NCBI RefSeq assembly: GCF_000015825.1
Contig: NC_009051.1
Span: 698,695-738,694 of the forward strand
Length of the DNA stretch: 40,000 bases
Direction of reading: 5' to 3'
Source of the DNA: Methanoculleus marisnigri JR1
GTDB lineage: Archaea > Halobacteriota > Methanomicrobia > Methanomicrobiales > Methanoculleaceae
Each line of letters begins with the position of its first letter. The first letter of the stretch is position 1. The translations under genes were made by a program, and so were the position numbers. Below are positions 7,937-16,395 of the stretch, in pieces. The notes beneath the pieces were generated by a model that was not told where the DNA came from, made no database searches, and saw nothing but the letters and a program-made list of their open reading frames with translations.

Positions 7937-9619
7937 TCAGGCAGTCGTGGGAACCCTCGAGAAGACCTCGAGGTTTCTGCTCCCCGCCTTCCCGTCCCGC
8001 AGGAAGTAGTACTCGAGCACCCTCTCTTTGTTCTCCTCGTACGAGAACCAGTAGTTCAACCGGTAGGTCTCCTTTACGTAGCCGTCGAGAGTCGGGTAAG
8101 TATCGCCGTCGTGGGTGATCACGACGTCGAAATCTCCCCCGTATATCGTCGGCTCGCTCACCTTCTGGCTGTAATAAGCAAGCTTCGAGGCGCTATCACC
8201 ACGGTAGTACCAGGGCAGCGGCCAGTAGGAGTCGGTCGCGACCGCCACCTTATCCGCAGCGTCGATCTTCGCGAAGACCTCCCGCAGGTCTTCGGAGTTC
8301 TGCACCTGCACGATGGGCTCGTTGATGTCCGCCGGGGTGTACGCCACGTGGAGTGTCATGGCGACCAGAAAGATCCCTGCCACGACTGCGACGACCGCCT
8401 TCTTCGTGGTCATCATATAGACCGCGACGAAGATCATGGGCAGGAGCTGATGGAGGATCAGCCACGGCACCTTCTCGCCGATGTAGGCATAGACTCCAAG
8501 CGAAAGAATCATCCAGAAGATGGCGAACCTCGCGAACTCCTTCTGCCGGTCGATCGGCCGGAGTTCCCCGCCGCCCGAAAGGACCTCGCGGAGCCGGTCT
8601 TTGAAGCCCTGCACCGGCTCGACGGGCGGGGCCCCAATCTCCCGGCTCGCTTCAGTCTCTGCCTCTGTCTCTGCTGCTTCTCCTTCGTCGGGGCTCCCCG
8701 TGTGCCCCGCCTTTCGCTCCCTCCAGCGGGAGACGATGCCGGGGATATCGACGAACTGCAGGACCCCGACCACGGCAAGGATCAGGATCGGCGCCTCGTA
8801 GAGGAGGAAGAGCAGGATGTAGATGTACGGCGGCCCCCCGAGGCGCTGTGCCTGGTGCATCGAGGTCCAGTGTTCGATAGCCCGGAGCCACCCGTCCATG
8901 AGCACCTCGGGGTGGGCGCCGAACGACGAGTAGAGGATCGCCATGATCCCGACCGCGACGAGGGCGCCGAGCGCGAGATCCCGAATCCAGCGTTTCGGGA
9001 GCCGGACCTTCCTTGTCCAGATGAGGTAAAGGAGGTATGCCCCGAAGATCAGGACGATGATTGGCATGTTCTCCTTCGCGGTCATCCCGAGCCCGACCGC
9101 CGCCCCGGCGATGAGTGCGTACTGCACCTTGTGCCGCTCGAAGTAGTAGAGGAGGGCGACGAGGAGCACCATCGTAAAGAAGGCGATGAAGATGTCGTTT
9201 CGGAGAAACCGCGAGAAGTATACCATGTTCGGCGATACGGCGAGGAAGAGCGCCGCGACAATCGTCTGCTTCTTATCGAGATAGCCGAGCCGGTAGATCG
9301 GGTAGACCAGCGGGACGAGCAGGGTGCCGAGCAGCGCAGGTATGAGCCGGCCCACCAGATCGGAGTCTCCGAGCAACGAGAATATCCCGGCCGTTACGTA
9401 ATAGAGGAACGGCCCGTGATACATGGGATCGTAGGTGTACGTTCCTTCGGTCAGGAGCCGATAGGAGAACCACGCGTGGATGGCCTCGTCGTGGTGAAAT
9501 AACTTTACGTCGAGCGAGTAAAAACGGAGGGCAATTGTGGCCAGAAATATGAGGAGGAAAAGCCCCTCGAATGAGAGTAGTCGTTCACGGTATCCTGCCG
9601 CGAACACGGCGGCCTTCAC
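7937..9619 (-). CDS. TIGR03663-like polytopic membrane protein (PMT/ArnT-like glycosyltransferase-C fold; function unknown)
   Basis: 560 aa, many TM helices. N-terminal invariant features recalled for this family are present: DE dipeptide (FHHDEAIH) and HGP tripeptide (MYHGPFLYY). Acidic low-complexity loop (EGEAAETEAETEA). GTG start 9619, 12 nt after the rps10 stop. Confidence 0.75.
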   Translation of the reverse strand: MKAAVFAAGYRERLLSFEGLFLLIFLATIALRFYSLDVKLFHHDEAIHAWFSYRLLTEGTYTYDPMYHGPFLYYVTAGIFSLLGDSDLVGRLIPALLGTLLVPLVYPIYRLGYLDKKQTIVAALFLAVSPNMVYFSRFLRNDIFIAFFTMVLLVALLYYFERHKVQYALIAGAAVGLGMTAKENMPIIVLIFGAYLLYLIWTRKVRLPKRWIRDLALGALVAVGIMAILYSSFGAHPEVLMDGWLRAIEHWTSMHQAQRLGGPPYIYILLFLLYEAPILILAVVGVLQFVDIPGIVSRWRERKAGHTGSPDEGEAAETEAETEASREIGAPPVEPVQGFKDRLREVLSGGGELRPIDRQKEFARFAIFWMILSLGVYAYIGEKVPWLILHQLLPMIFVAVYMMTTKKAVVAVVAGIFLVAMTLHVAYTPADINEPIVQVQNSEDLREVFAKIDAADKVAVATDSYWPLPWYYRGDSASKLAYYSQKVSEPTIYGGDFDVVITHDGDTYPTLDGYVKETYRLNYWFSYEENKERVLEYYFLRDGKAGSRNLEVFSRVPTTA

Positions 9620-9631
9620 GCCGCTCTCACC

Positions 9632-9940
9632 TCAACTCTCCAGCACAATCTCAATGCCGATGTCTTTTGGAACCTGAATACGCATCAGCTGGCGTAGCGC
9701 ACGCTCGTCGGCATCAATGTCGATGAGTCTCTTGTGCACTCGCATCTGCCAGCGATCCCAGGTTGCGGTACCTTCGCCGTCAGGGCTCTTCCTGGTGGGG
9801 ACCACGAGTTTCTTCGTGGGCAGCGGGATCGGACCTGCCAGATTGACGCCGGTACGCTCTGCTATCTCTTTGATCCGGTCGCAGACCATCTCGATTTTTT
9901 CGAAGTCGGTTCCGGAAAGACGTATTCTGGCTTTCTGCAT
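9632..9940 (-). CDS. rps10: 30S ribosomal protein S10
   Basis: 102 aa ([20 protein letters not shown]...[10 protein letters not shown]...). Canonical position immediately downstream of EF-1alpha. Confidence 0.95.
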   Translation of the reverse strand: MQKARIRLSGTDFEKIEMVCDRIKEIAERTGVNLAGPIPLPTKKLVVPTRKSPDGEGTATWDRWQMRVHKRLIDIDADERALRQLMRIQVPKDIGIEIVLES

Positions 9941-9971
9941 GTTTAACCACCAAAAAATTATAGGTACCTTC

Positions 9972-11249
9972 TTATCTCATCTGCTTGGGCGTGATGTCCA
10001 TGCATACGCCTGCCGCAATGGTGGATCCCATATCACGGACAGCGAACCGCCCGAGCTGCGGGATCTCTTTGACCTTCTCGATGACCATGGGCTGGGTGGG
10101 CCTGATCTTGACGATCGCGGCGTCGCCGGTCTTGAGGAACGTGGGGTTCTCTTCCTTGACCTGGCCGGTCCGCGGGTCGAGCTTCTTCATGAGTTCGACG
10201 AAGGAGCATGCGATCTGGGCGGTGTGGCAGTGGAAGACCGGGGTGTACCCGACGGTCAGGGCGCTCGGGTGGTGGAGCACGACGACCTGTGCGATGAACT
10301 CCTCTGCAACGGTCGGCGGGACGTCGGAGGGACCGCAGACGTCGCCACGGCGGATGTCACCCTTGCCGATGCCGCGGACGTTGAATCCGACGTTGTCGCC
10401 GGGGAGTGCCTGCGGGATCTCTTCGTGGTGCATCTCAATGGACTTGATCTCACCCTCTTTGTTCGCGGGCATGAAGCTGACCTTCATTCCCTTCTTCATG
10501 ATGCCGGTCTCGACACGGCCGACGGGCACGGTTCCGATACCGGAGATGGAGTAGACGTCCTGGATGGGGAGACGCATGGGCAGGTTCGTGGGCTTCTCGG
10601 GTTCGCTGAGCGCGTTGAGTGCGTCGAGCACCGTCGGGCCCTTGTACCAGGGAGTGTTCTCGCTCTTCTTCGCGATGTTGTCGCCGACGAACGCGCTCAT
10701 CGGGATGAAACTGATGTCGTCGGGCTTGTAGCCGACCATCTTGAGCAGCTGGGAGAGCTGTTCCTTGACCTCGTTGTAGCGCTTCTCGTCGTACTTGGCG
10801 GCATCCATCTTGTTGATGCCGATGATCAGCTGGTTGATGCCGAGCGTACGGGAAAGGAAGACGTGCTCCTTGGTCTGCTCCATCACGCCGTCGGGTGCGG
10901 CGACGACCAGCAGTGCAGCGTCTGCCTGGGATGCGCCCGTGATCATGTTCTTGACGAAGTCACGGTGCCCGGGGCAGTCCACGACGGTGAAGTAGTACTT
11001 GTCCGTGTCGAACCGCTTGTGGGCGATATCGATGGTGATACCGCGCTCACGCTCTTCCTTGAGGCTGTCCATGACCCAGGCGAACTCGAACGAGCCCTTA
11101 CCCTTGGATTCGGCCTCCTTCCTGAACGACTCGATGATGTGGGGCGGTACGGTTCCGGTCTCAAAGAGTAACCGACCGACGGTGGTAGACTTCCCGTGGT
11201 CGATGTGTCCGATAACTGCTAAATTCATGTGGGGCTTCTCAGCTGCCAT
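9972..11249 (-). CDS. tuf: translation elongation factor 1-alpha (aEF-1A)
   Basis: 425 aa with GTPase motifs [17 protein letters not shown] and NKMD. GGAGG Shine-Dalgarno at 11259-11263 (minus strand). Confidence 0.97.
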   Translation of the reverse strand: MAAEKPHMNLAVIGHIDHGKSTTVGRLLFETGTVPPHIIESFRKEAESKGKGSFEFAWVMDSLKEERERGITIDIAHKRFDTDKYYFTVVDCPGHRDFVKNMITGASQADAALLVVAAPDGVMEQTKEHVFLSRTLGINQLIIGINKMDAAKYDEKRYNEVKEQLSQLLKMVGYKPDDISFIPMSAFVGDNIAKKSENTPWYKGPTVLDALNALSEPEKPTNLPMRLPIQDVYSISGIGTVPVGRVETGIMKKGMKVSFMPANKEGEIKSIEMHHEEIPQALPGDNVGFNVRGIGKGDIRRGDVCGPSDVPPTVAEEFIAQVVVLHHPSALTVGYTPVFHCHTAQIACSFVELMKKLDPRTGQVKEENPTFLKTGDAAIVKIRPTQPMVIEKVKEIPQLGRFAVRDMGSTIAAGVCMDITPKQMR

Positions 11250-11258
11250 AGTTTGTAT

Positions 11259-11340
11259 CCTCCACTCAAATAGGCCTGTCAGCTCGAACAGCCTGCTTAT
11301 GCGAGTATCTTATACATATGACGTCTACCATATAAAGCAT
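11259..11340 (-). promoter_or_regulatory. tuf-rps10 promoter/leader (SD plus TATA-like boxes)
   Basis: GGAGG lies 10-14 nt upstream of ATG 11249. On the minus strand, TATA-like gctttatatgg (about 11329-11339) and tgtataaga (about 11306-11316) sit in an AT-rich stretch. Confidence 0.4.
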
Positions 11341-11427
11341 TTCTATGCGCGTCGATACCGCGCATCCCCCAAAAACCCCCGGCAATCGACAGAATCTTAT
11401 TCTCGGGAAATCTACGTTCCTCGTACC

Positions 11428-11730
11428 ATGAAGATACTTGAGTTTCACCGTGACGATGCAAGTGACCGGGTGACGGTGACATGCGCAGATCGCGAGGTGT
11501 CGGTCCACTCCCACTGTGGTTACTGCAGGCACTGTGCGGGTGTCCGGGTGGGCAAACGGACGATCCCGACGCCGCAGCGCCAGGCTCTCTCCGGTGTCCG
11601 GCAGGGCGGCAATCCCGACGAGAATCTGTTAAACGCAGCCATGATGTTCAACACCCTTGTCCGGGACGGCACTGCTATCGAGTGTGAGGACGACGCGGGT
11701 GAAGGGTTCTCTTCGATGTACGGCCGCTAG
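11428..11730 (+). CDS. candidate small Cys/His-containing protein (100 aa), unknown function
   Basis: In-frame ATG inside the spurious ORF 10999-11730 (MKILEFHRDDASDRVTVTCADREVSVHSHCGYCRHCAG...). Preceded by an AT-rich region. GC-rich third codon positions (hand count). No family recognised. Confidence 0.3.
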   Translation: MKILEFHRDDASDRVTVTCADREVSVHSHCGYCRHCAGVRVGKRTIPTPQRQALSGVRQGGNPDENLLNAAMMFNTLVRDGTAIECEDDAGEGFSSMYGR

Positions 11731-11754
11731 ATCCCGGCGCCGGACTCTCCTTTG

Positions 11755-12633
11755 TTACTCCGCTGCCGGGACTTCCGGCCCGAACTCTTTTCGGATCTCC
11801 TCTGCGAACTTATCGTATCCAATCTCGTCCATCTGGTCGGCGAGGGGCCGGCCGCTCCATGCGGTGCGGTAGACCCAGTAGACGATACGGTCGACGACCT
11901 CGACGACCTCCTCCTCGGTCTCGACGGTGACGAGTTCCCTTCCTGCGGCGGGAGAGGCTCCGCGCCGGCCCCCGACCGTGATCTGGTAGTGGGCGTACTC
12001 GGACTTCAGGAGGTTATAGGGACAGGAGTGGATGCAGATGCCGCACTGGACGCATTTGCTCTCGTCGAGAACCGATATGCCGTTCTTGAGTGCTATGGCG
12101 CACTGCTTGCAGTACTCCACGCAGGTGCCGCACCCCGTGCAGAGTCCCTCGATACGCAGCGGCCGGATCCTGCCGATGATCCCGATGTCGTTTAAGAGCG
12201 GGCTGTTGCACATGTAGGTGCAGCCGGATATGGCGATGCGGAGCCGTATCGGGAGTTCCTTGCCGAATACCCGCTCGTCGATCTTCCGGGCGAGATCGAT
12301 CGTCTCGCAGTTGGCGTACTTGCACCGTTCCGTGCCCGGACAGGCCATGATGTTGACGACCTCGTTCTGCTCCGCCCCGATGGGCGTCCCGTTCTTCTCG
12401 AGGGCCTTTGCGATTATTACGAGGTTGTCGGGGTTCACGTGCGGGATCTCCACCGCCTGGCGCATGGTGAGGTGGAGCGAGCCGTCGCCGTATTTCTCGC
12501 TGATTTTTGCGAGTTGCTTGACCTGCGCCGCGGAGAGGACCCCCGCCGGGACCCGCAGCCGTACCGTCGCATAGTCCGCGTTCCGCTCGGTGATAATCCC
12601 TCCCCGGGAGTAGAGGGTATGGTCCTGCATCAT
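11755..12633 (-). CDS. small dissimilatory-type sulfite reductase-like protein (Dsr-LP; siroheme/4Fe-4S domain plus 2x[4Fe-4S] ferredoxin insert)
   Basis: ORF trimmed to ATGATG at 12633 (MMQDHTLY...); the longer start would overlap the cobS terminus. Contains CX5C...CX3C (ACPGTERC...SGCTYMC) siroheme-cluster cysteines and two ferredoxin motifs (CTGCGTCVEYC, CVQCGICIHSCP). Confidence 0.8.
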   Translation of the reverse strand: MMQDHTLYSRGGIITERNADYATVRLRVPAGVLSAAQVKQLAKISEKYGDGSLHLTMRQAVEIPHVNPDNLVIIAKALEKNGTPIGAEQNEVVNIMACPGTERCKYANCETIDLARKIDERVFGKELPIRLRIAISGCTYMCNSPLLNDIGIIGRIRPLRIEGLCTGCGTCVEYCKQCAIALKNGISVLDESKCVQCGICIHSCPYNLLKSEYAHYQITVGGRRGASPAAGRELVTVETEEEVVEVVDRIVYWVYRTAWSGRPLADQMDEIGYDKFAEEIRKEFGPEVPAAE

Positions 12634-12670
12634 TCTACAATAGTAGCGGTCGCCGGGGTAAAAAAGGTGA

Positions 12671-13381
12671 TTACGGGAGAACGAGGAGGAGAATGATCCC
12701 TGCCCGAACGATCTCGTTTGCGGCGCCGACGACGTCGCCATTGATGCCGCCGAAGAGCCGCCGGGCGAGGGCGAGCATCAGTGCGGCGATGACGGCCGTG
12801 GCTGCGAGGGCGAGCGCGATCGTTATCTGCGGCACCGGCAGCAGGAAGAGGGGCAGCGCGAGCAGGATGGCCGGTACCGGGAACCACGGTTTTGCAAACC
12901 CATGAAGGTAGGAGTGGATCCCCTCCCGGAACGGCGTGCCGAGCGTGGTGAGCCAGGACATCCCGACCTTCGCGCAGACTTCGGCGATGAGGATGGCCGC
13001 CGGGAGGTTTGCGGCGGTCTGAAGTCCGGCGAATGCGAGGAGCGTGACGATTATCCCCGCCGCGACGGCTCCGGCCCCGGTCGTGCGGTCGGTCATGGCC
13101 GCGATCCTCTTCTCCCGGCTCCCGTGAGCCATGAGCCCGTCGCCGAAGTCCAGCAGCCCGTCGAAGTGGTTGCACCCGGAGAGGAGGAGCACCACGGCGA
13201 GGGCGACGGCCGCACCCACCACCGGGGATGCTATCCAGCAGGTGATGCCTGCCGCTACCCCGCCGATGACGTACCCGGCGAGCGGGTAGAGGTAGGAGCG
13301 GCGGGCGAAGTGCTCGAAGTCAACCGGCTTCCCGAGTGGGAGCGAGGTGCAGAACTGCAGGAGGGCGAGAACGGATTTCAC
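12671..13381 (-). CDS. cobS: adenosylcobinamide-GDP ribazoletransferase (cobalamin synthase)
   Basis: 236-aa hydrophobic protein with a CobS-like N-terminus (LALLQFCTSLPLG...YLYPLAGYVIG). GTG start overlaps the upstream stop as GTGA. Confidence 0.82.
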   Translation of the reverse strand: MKSVLALLQFCTSLPLGKPVDFEHFARRSYLYPLAGYVIGGVAAGITCWIASPVVGAAVALAVVLLLSGCNHFDGLLDFGDGLMAHGSREKRIAAMTDRTTGAGAVAAGIIVTLLAFAGLQTAANLPAAILIAEVCAKVGMSWLTTLGTPFREGIHSYLHGFAKPWFPVPAILLALPLFLLPVPQITIALALAATAVIAALMLALARRLFGGINGDVVGAANEIVRAGIILLLVLP

Positions 13382-13821
13382 ATCGATCCCATCGACTCGC
13401 TGTAGAGGCGCGACGTGCAGCCGGCGATCAGCCCGGCGACGGCGTCGTCGAGGAACGGCCCGAGTTTGCCCAGGATCCCCGGCTTCTTCTGGTCGTAGCG
13501 GGTGAACTCGAACCGTGCGTAGGTCCCCCCGATCACCTCGGCGATGGCCATCCCGATGATCTCGTCGGAGAGGAGGAAGACCGGGTCGTCGGCGATCTCG
13601 GAGTCTTTCCGCTTCACGTAGAGTTCGTCCTCGAGCAGGAGGGCACCGAGGAGGAGCGACGAGATGTTCGGGTCTTCAAGCGCCTTCCCGATCTTTGCGT
13701 CAAGCCTGCGCGCGGCCTCATCCGCCTCTATCCCGTGGGGGACGTAGAGTTCCATCGCGGCGGCGACGATATCTCTCCTTACGATGCCCTTCTCTTCCAG
13801 CCTGCGCTCTATCTCGAACAT
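13378..13821 (-). CDS. cobZ: probable alpha-ribazole-5'-phosphate phosphatase CobZ (PgpA-like family)
   Basis: 147-aa soluble protein translationally coupled to cobS. The archaeal CobZ described in Methanosarcina is a PgpA-family protein linked to cobS. Assignment rests on context and recalled family resemblance, not on a search. Confidence 0.55.
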   Translation of the reverse strand: MFEIERRLEEKGIVRRDIVAAAMELYVPHGIEADEAARRLDAKIGKALEDPNISSLLLGALLLEDELYVKRKDSEIADDPVFLLSDEIIGMAIAEVIGGTYARFEFTRYDQKKPGILGKLGPFLDDAVAGLIAGCTSRLYSESMGSM

Positions 13822-13828
13822 TGTTGAA

Positions 13829-14150
13829 GTGTTTGGTTTTGGGAGGTATTTTTGGGTTTGGTATTAACGACGCTCGGAGAAGACCGAAGGTCTTCGACGC
13901 GTGAGCGTAGCGAACGTGAGCACCGGAGGTGCGACGGCGACGGACAGGATTGGGGACTGCGCCGTGAGAGGGGGTGCATGTGGATTTTTAGGGCTCGTGC
14001 TCGTGGCTATCCTGTCCATAACGTTCTTGGACACGGATTCCCCTGGGATATCGCGCTTGGGGGTGGGGCTGACGGGGAGGGGGGAGTATCCCCCCTCCCC
14101 TGTCCCCTCCCCCCTATGGCGATTCCACCACGGTCCACTGTACTGGAATT
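13829..14150. repeat. interspersed intergenic repeat, copy R2 (hairpin modules plus G/C-tract palindrome)
   Basis: GAAGACC-GAA-GGTCTTC hairpin at 13879-13895. 24-nt exact inverted match to 7532-7555 at 13911-13934. Perfect 11-bp G/C hairpin at 14074-14100. The ends ttgggggtggggctgacggggag (14057-14079) and gtccactgta (14133-14142) recur at 20631-20652 and 20929-20938. Confidence 0.8.
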
Positions 14151-14255
14151 GCCGGGGAATACCCTGCCACGGCCCCGGAGATGTATGCGCCCCCACCTCC
14201 CCCCGCCACGCCCCGACAGCAACCTCTTCTATGCCGCAACCCTACCCTGTACATA

Positions 14256-15272
14256 ATGTCCAACCCGTTCCTCTCAGAAGACCCCGGGATAAGGCCCGAG
14301 CGCCCGATGCTGGCGCTTGTCCTCGGCAACACCATGCTCTCCACCGTCCCCGGCATATCCGGCGCAGGGCCGACCCCCGAAAAGACCCTGCTCACCCCGA
14401 ACCTGGATGCGGAGCTCGTCACGACCGGCGCGATCACGAGTGTCGCGGCCCGGCCGAACACCCCCACCGGCTGCCCGACGCCGGCGACCATCACCCGGTC
14501 GATGGTGGAACTGACCGGGCTTGCCCCCGTCATCGTCAACGCGGGGCTCGCCCATACTCCTACCGTCCCCTGCCTCGACGTCTACGGGAGCCCCGGCGGC
14601 GATCCGAGAACGGAGGATGCGGTGCCGCAGGCGGCAGCCCTCTTCGAGCGGGGCGAAGCGGTCGGGAGGCTTCTCTCGCAGTATAGCGATTTCTTGATGC
14701 TCGGGGAGTGCGTTCCCGGCGGGACGACCACCGCCCTCTGCGTTCTGCGGGCACTCGGCTACGACGCCTCGGTCAGCAGCGCGTTTGCCGAAAATCCCCT
14801 CGGCCTGAAAGATGCCGTCTGCAAGGCGGTGCTTGCCCGGATCGACGCGACGGGCGCAAGAGAGCCCCTCGAGATCCTCCGCGCCGCAGGCGACCCCATG
14901 ATGCCGGTCGCTGCAGGGATTGCGAGCACCTATACCGGCGAGATCCTCTTTGCCGGCGGAACCCAGATGCTTGCCGTTGCGGCCGTCCTGAAAGCGCTCG
15001 GGAAACGGGTGCCGGGCCTCGCGACGACGGTCTACGTCAGGGACGATCCATCCGCCGGGTTCGTCCGGTCGGTTGCCGATGTCGGCACCACCGCATACTT
15101 CGTCGACCCGAACTTCGCCGAGCTCGGGCACGTCGGGCTCGCCCGCTACTGCATCGGCGAAGTCAAGGAGGGGATGGGGGCCGGAGGGGCCCTGACACTC
15201 GCCTACCTCATGAACCACGAGCCCGAAGAGATCTCCCGGAAAGTCTTCGATTTCGTCAGGAAGTATGCCTGA
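14256..15272 (+). CDS. cobT: archaeal-type nicotinate-nucleotide--dimethylbenzimidazole phosphoribosyltransferase (UPF0284 / MJ1598-like CobT)
   Basis: ORF 14181-15272 trimmed to ATG 14256 (MSNPFLSEDPG...), because the upstream part lies in the repeat element. Motif-level resemblance (LGNTMLSTVPGISGAG...GECVPGGTTTA). Divergent from cobZ-cobS. Confidence 0.72.
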   Translation: MSNPFLSEDPGIRPERPMLALVLGNTMLSTVPGISGAGPTPEKTLLTPNLDAELVTTGAITSVAARPNTPTGCPTPATITRSMVELTGLAPVIVNAGLAHTPTVPCLDVYGSPGGDPRTEDAVPQAAALFERGEAVGRLLSQYSDFLMLGECVPGGTTTALCVLRALGYDASVSSAFAENPLGLKDAVCKAVLARIDATGAREPLEILRAAGDPMMPVAAGIASTYTGEILFAGGTQMLAVAAVLKALGKRVPGLATTVYVRDDPSAGFVRSVADVGTTAYFVDPNFAELGHVGLARYCIGEVKEGMGAGGALTLAYLMNHEPEEISRKVFDFVRKYA

Positions 15273-15310
15273 GGGAAGGACTATTACCTTTTTGCATCTA
15301 TCTATAAGCA

Positions 15311-15865
15311 ATGCTTCCACTCTATGTGGTCAATAATCACGGGCAGTTCAACCACCTGATCCTCCGGACGCTCCGTGACATGGATATCGAGGCCACGATG
15401 ATCTCGAATGAGACGCCGCCGGCCGAGGTCGCCCGGGGCTGCCGGGGCATCGTCCTCGGCGGCGGCCCGACCCTTGAACGTGCCGGCGTCGCCTCTGCGT
15501 ACCTTGACCTCGGTCTTCCCGTCCTCGGCATCTGCCTTGGGCTGCACATCATGGCGACGGCCCGCGGGGGTGCGATCCGCCGGGGTGCGAGCGGCGGGTT
15601 CGGTGCGGTCGAGGTTGAGATCTTCGAACAGAACCCTCTCCTCCGTGGCTACCCGGACCGGATGCAGGTATGGGCGTCGCACGCGGACGAGGTCTCGGTT
15701 GTGCCGGAAGGATTTGTCCGGCTTGCAGGATCATCCATCTGCGGCGTGGAGGCGATGGCATCTCCCGATGAACACCTCTACGGTATCCAGTGGCACCCGG
15801 AGGTCAGTCATACCGTCAACGGACGGCTTCTCTTTGAGAATTTTGACGGGATATGCTCGGAGTAG
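15311..15865 (+). CDS. guaA: GMP synthase, glutamine amidotransferase subunit A
   Basis: 184-aa class-I GATase. Nucleophile elbow GICLGLH and HPE (QWHPEVSH). Size typical of the split archaeal GuaA subunit A. Confidence 0.85.
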   Translation: MLPLYVVNNHGQFNHLILRTLRDMDIEATMISNETPPAEVARGCRGIVLGGGPTLERAGVASAYLDLGLPVLGICLGLHIMATARGGAIRRGASGGFGAVEVEIFEQNPLLRGYPDRMQVWASHADEVSVVPEGFVRLAGSSICGVEAMASPDEHLYGIQWHPEVSHTVNGRLLFENFDGICSE

Positions 15866-16395
15866 ATGACGTTGCGACCCGGCTTGGGTCGGTAGGATTT
15901 CGCTGCAGGGAGTGCGGCGCCTGCTGCCGGCGGGTCGCCGAGGACTCGAACCTCGTGCTGGTGAGTCCGGCCGAGGTCCGGGCAATCATGGCAGTTACCG
16001 GGATGGCCTGGGACAAGGTTGCCGAACCCTACCCCGACTTCATCAGTGCCGATAACGGTGGGGAGTACACCCTTGCATGGTGTCTCAGGCGAACGGCCGA
16101 TGCCTGTATCTTTCTCCGGGATGGGCGGTGCTCGATCTACGCTCGCCGTCCCTGGATCTGCCGCACTTACCCGTTCATGCTGGTGGACGACGATCTCGCG
16201 GTATCGGAGTGTCCCGGCCTCGGTGCGCCGCTCACTCCTCTCGATGCGCGCGATGCGGCGGCCGATCTCTGCAGGCGGCAGGCCGCCGAGGCGGTAGAGG
16301 AGGCCGGTATCCGCGCCGTCTTCCATGAAGCGACGGTGCCGCCGGGGAAGCGCGCCGTAATCGACAGCGAAGGCGTGAAGGTGCTCGATGACTGA
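15853..16395 (+). CDS. YkgJ-family cysteine-cluster protein (UPF0153)
   Basis: 180 aa with CxxCxxCC (CRECGACC) and a distal C...C...C cluster (DGRCSIYARRPWICRTYP). 13-nt overlap with guaA. Confidence 0.7.
   Translation: MLGVDDVATRLGSVGFRCRECGACCRRVAEDSNLVLVSPAEVRAIMAVTGMAWDKVAEPYPDFISADNGGEYTLAWCLRRTADACIFLRDGRCSIYARRPWICRTYPFMLVDDDLAVSECPGLGAPLTPLDARDAAADLCRRQAAEAVEEAGIRAVFHEATVPPGKRAVIDSEGVKVLDD

Noticed and set aside
8636-8690. Short tandem gtctctgc-type microrepeat
   Set aside because: It lies inside the TIGR03663-like CDS and simply encodes the acidic loop AAETEAETEA. This is low-complexity coding sequence, not a regulatory or CRISPR repeat.
7664-9502. 612-aa plus-strand ORF opposite the TIGR03663-like gene
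   Set aside because: R/D/E/G/H/P-rich composition with no motifs. This is a typical GC-rich antisense shadow of a well-supported membrane-protein gene.
14274-15320. 348-aa minus-strand ORF opposite cobT, and the 261-aa ORF 13901-14686
   Set aside because: The first is a shadow ORF. The second is read through the G/C-tract repeat element and has no protein-like features.
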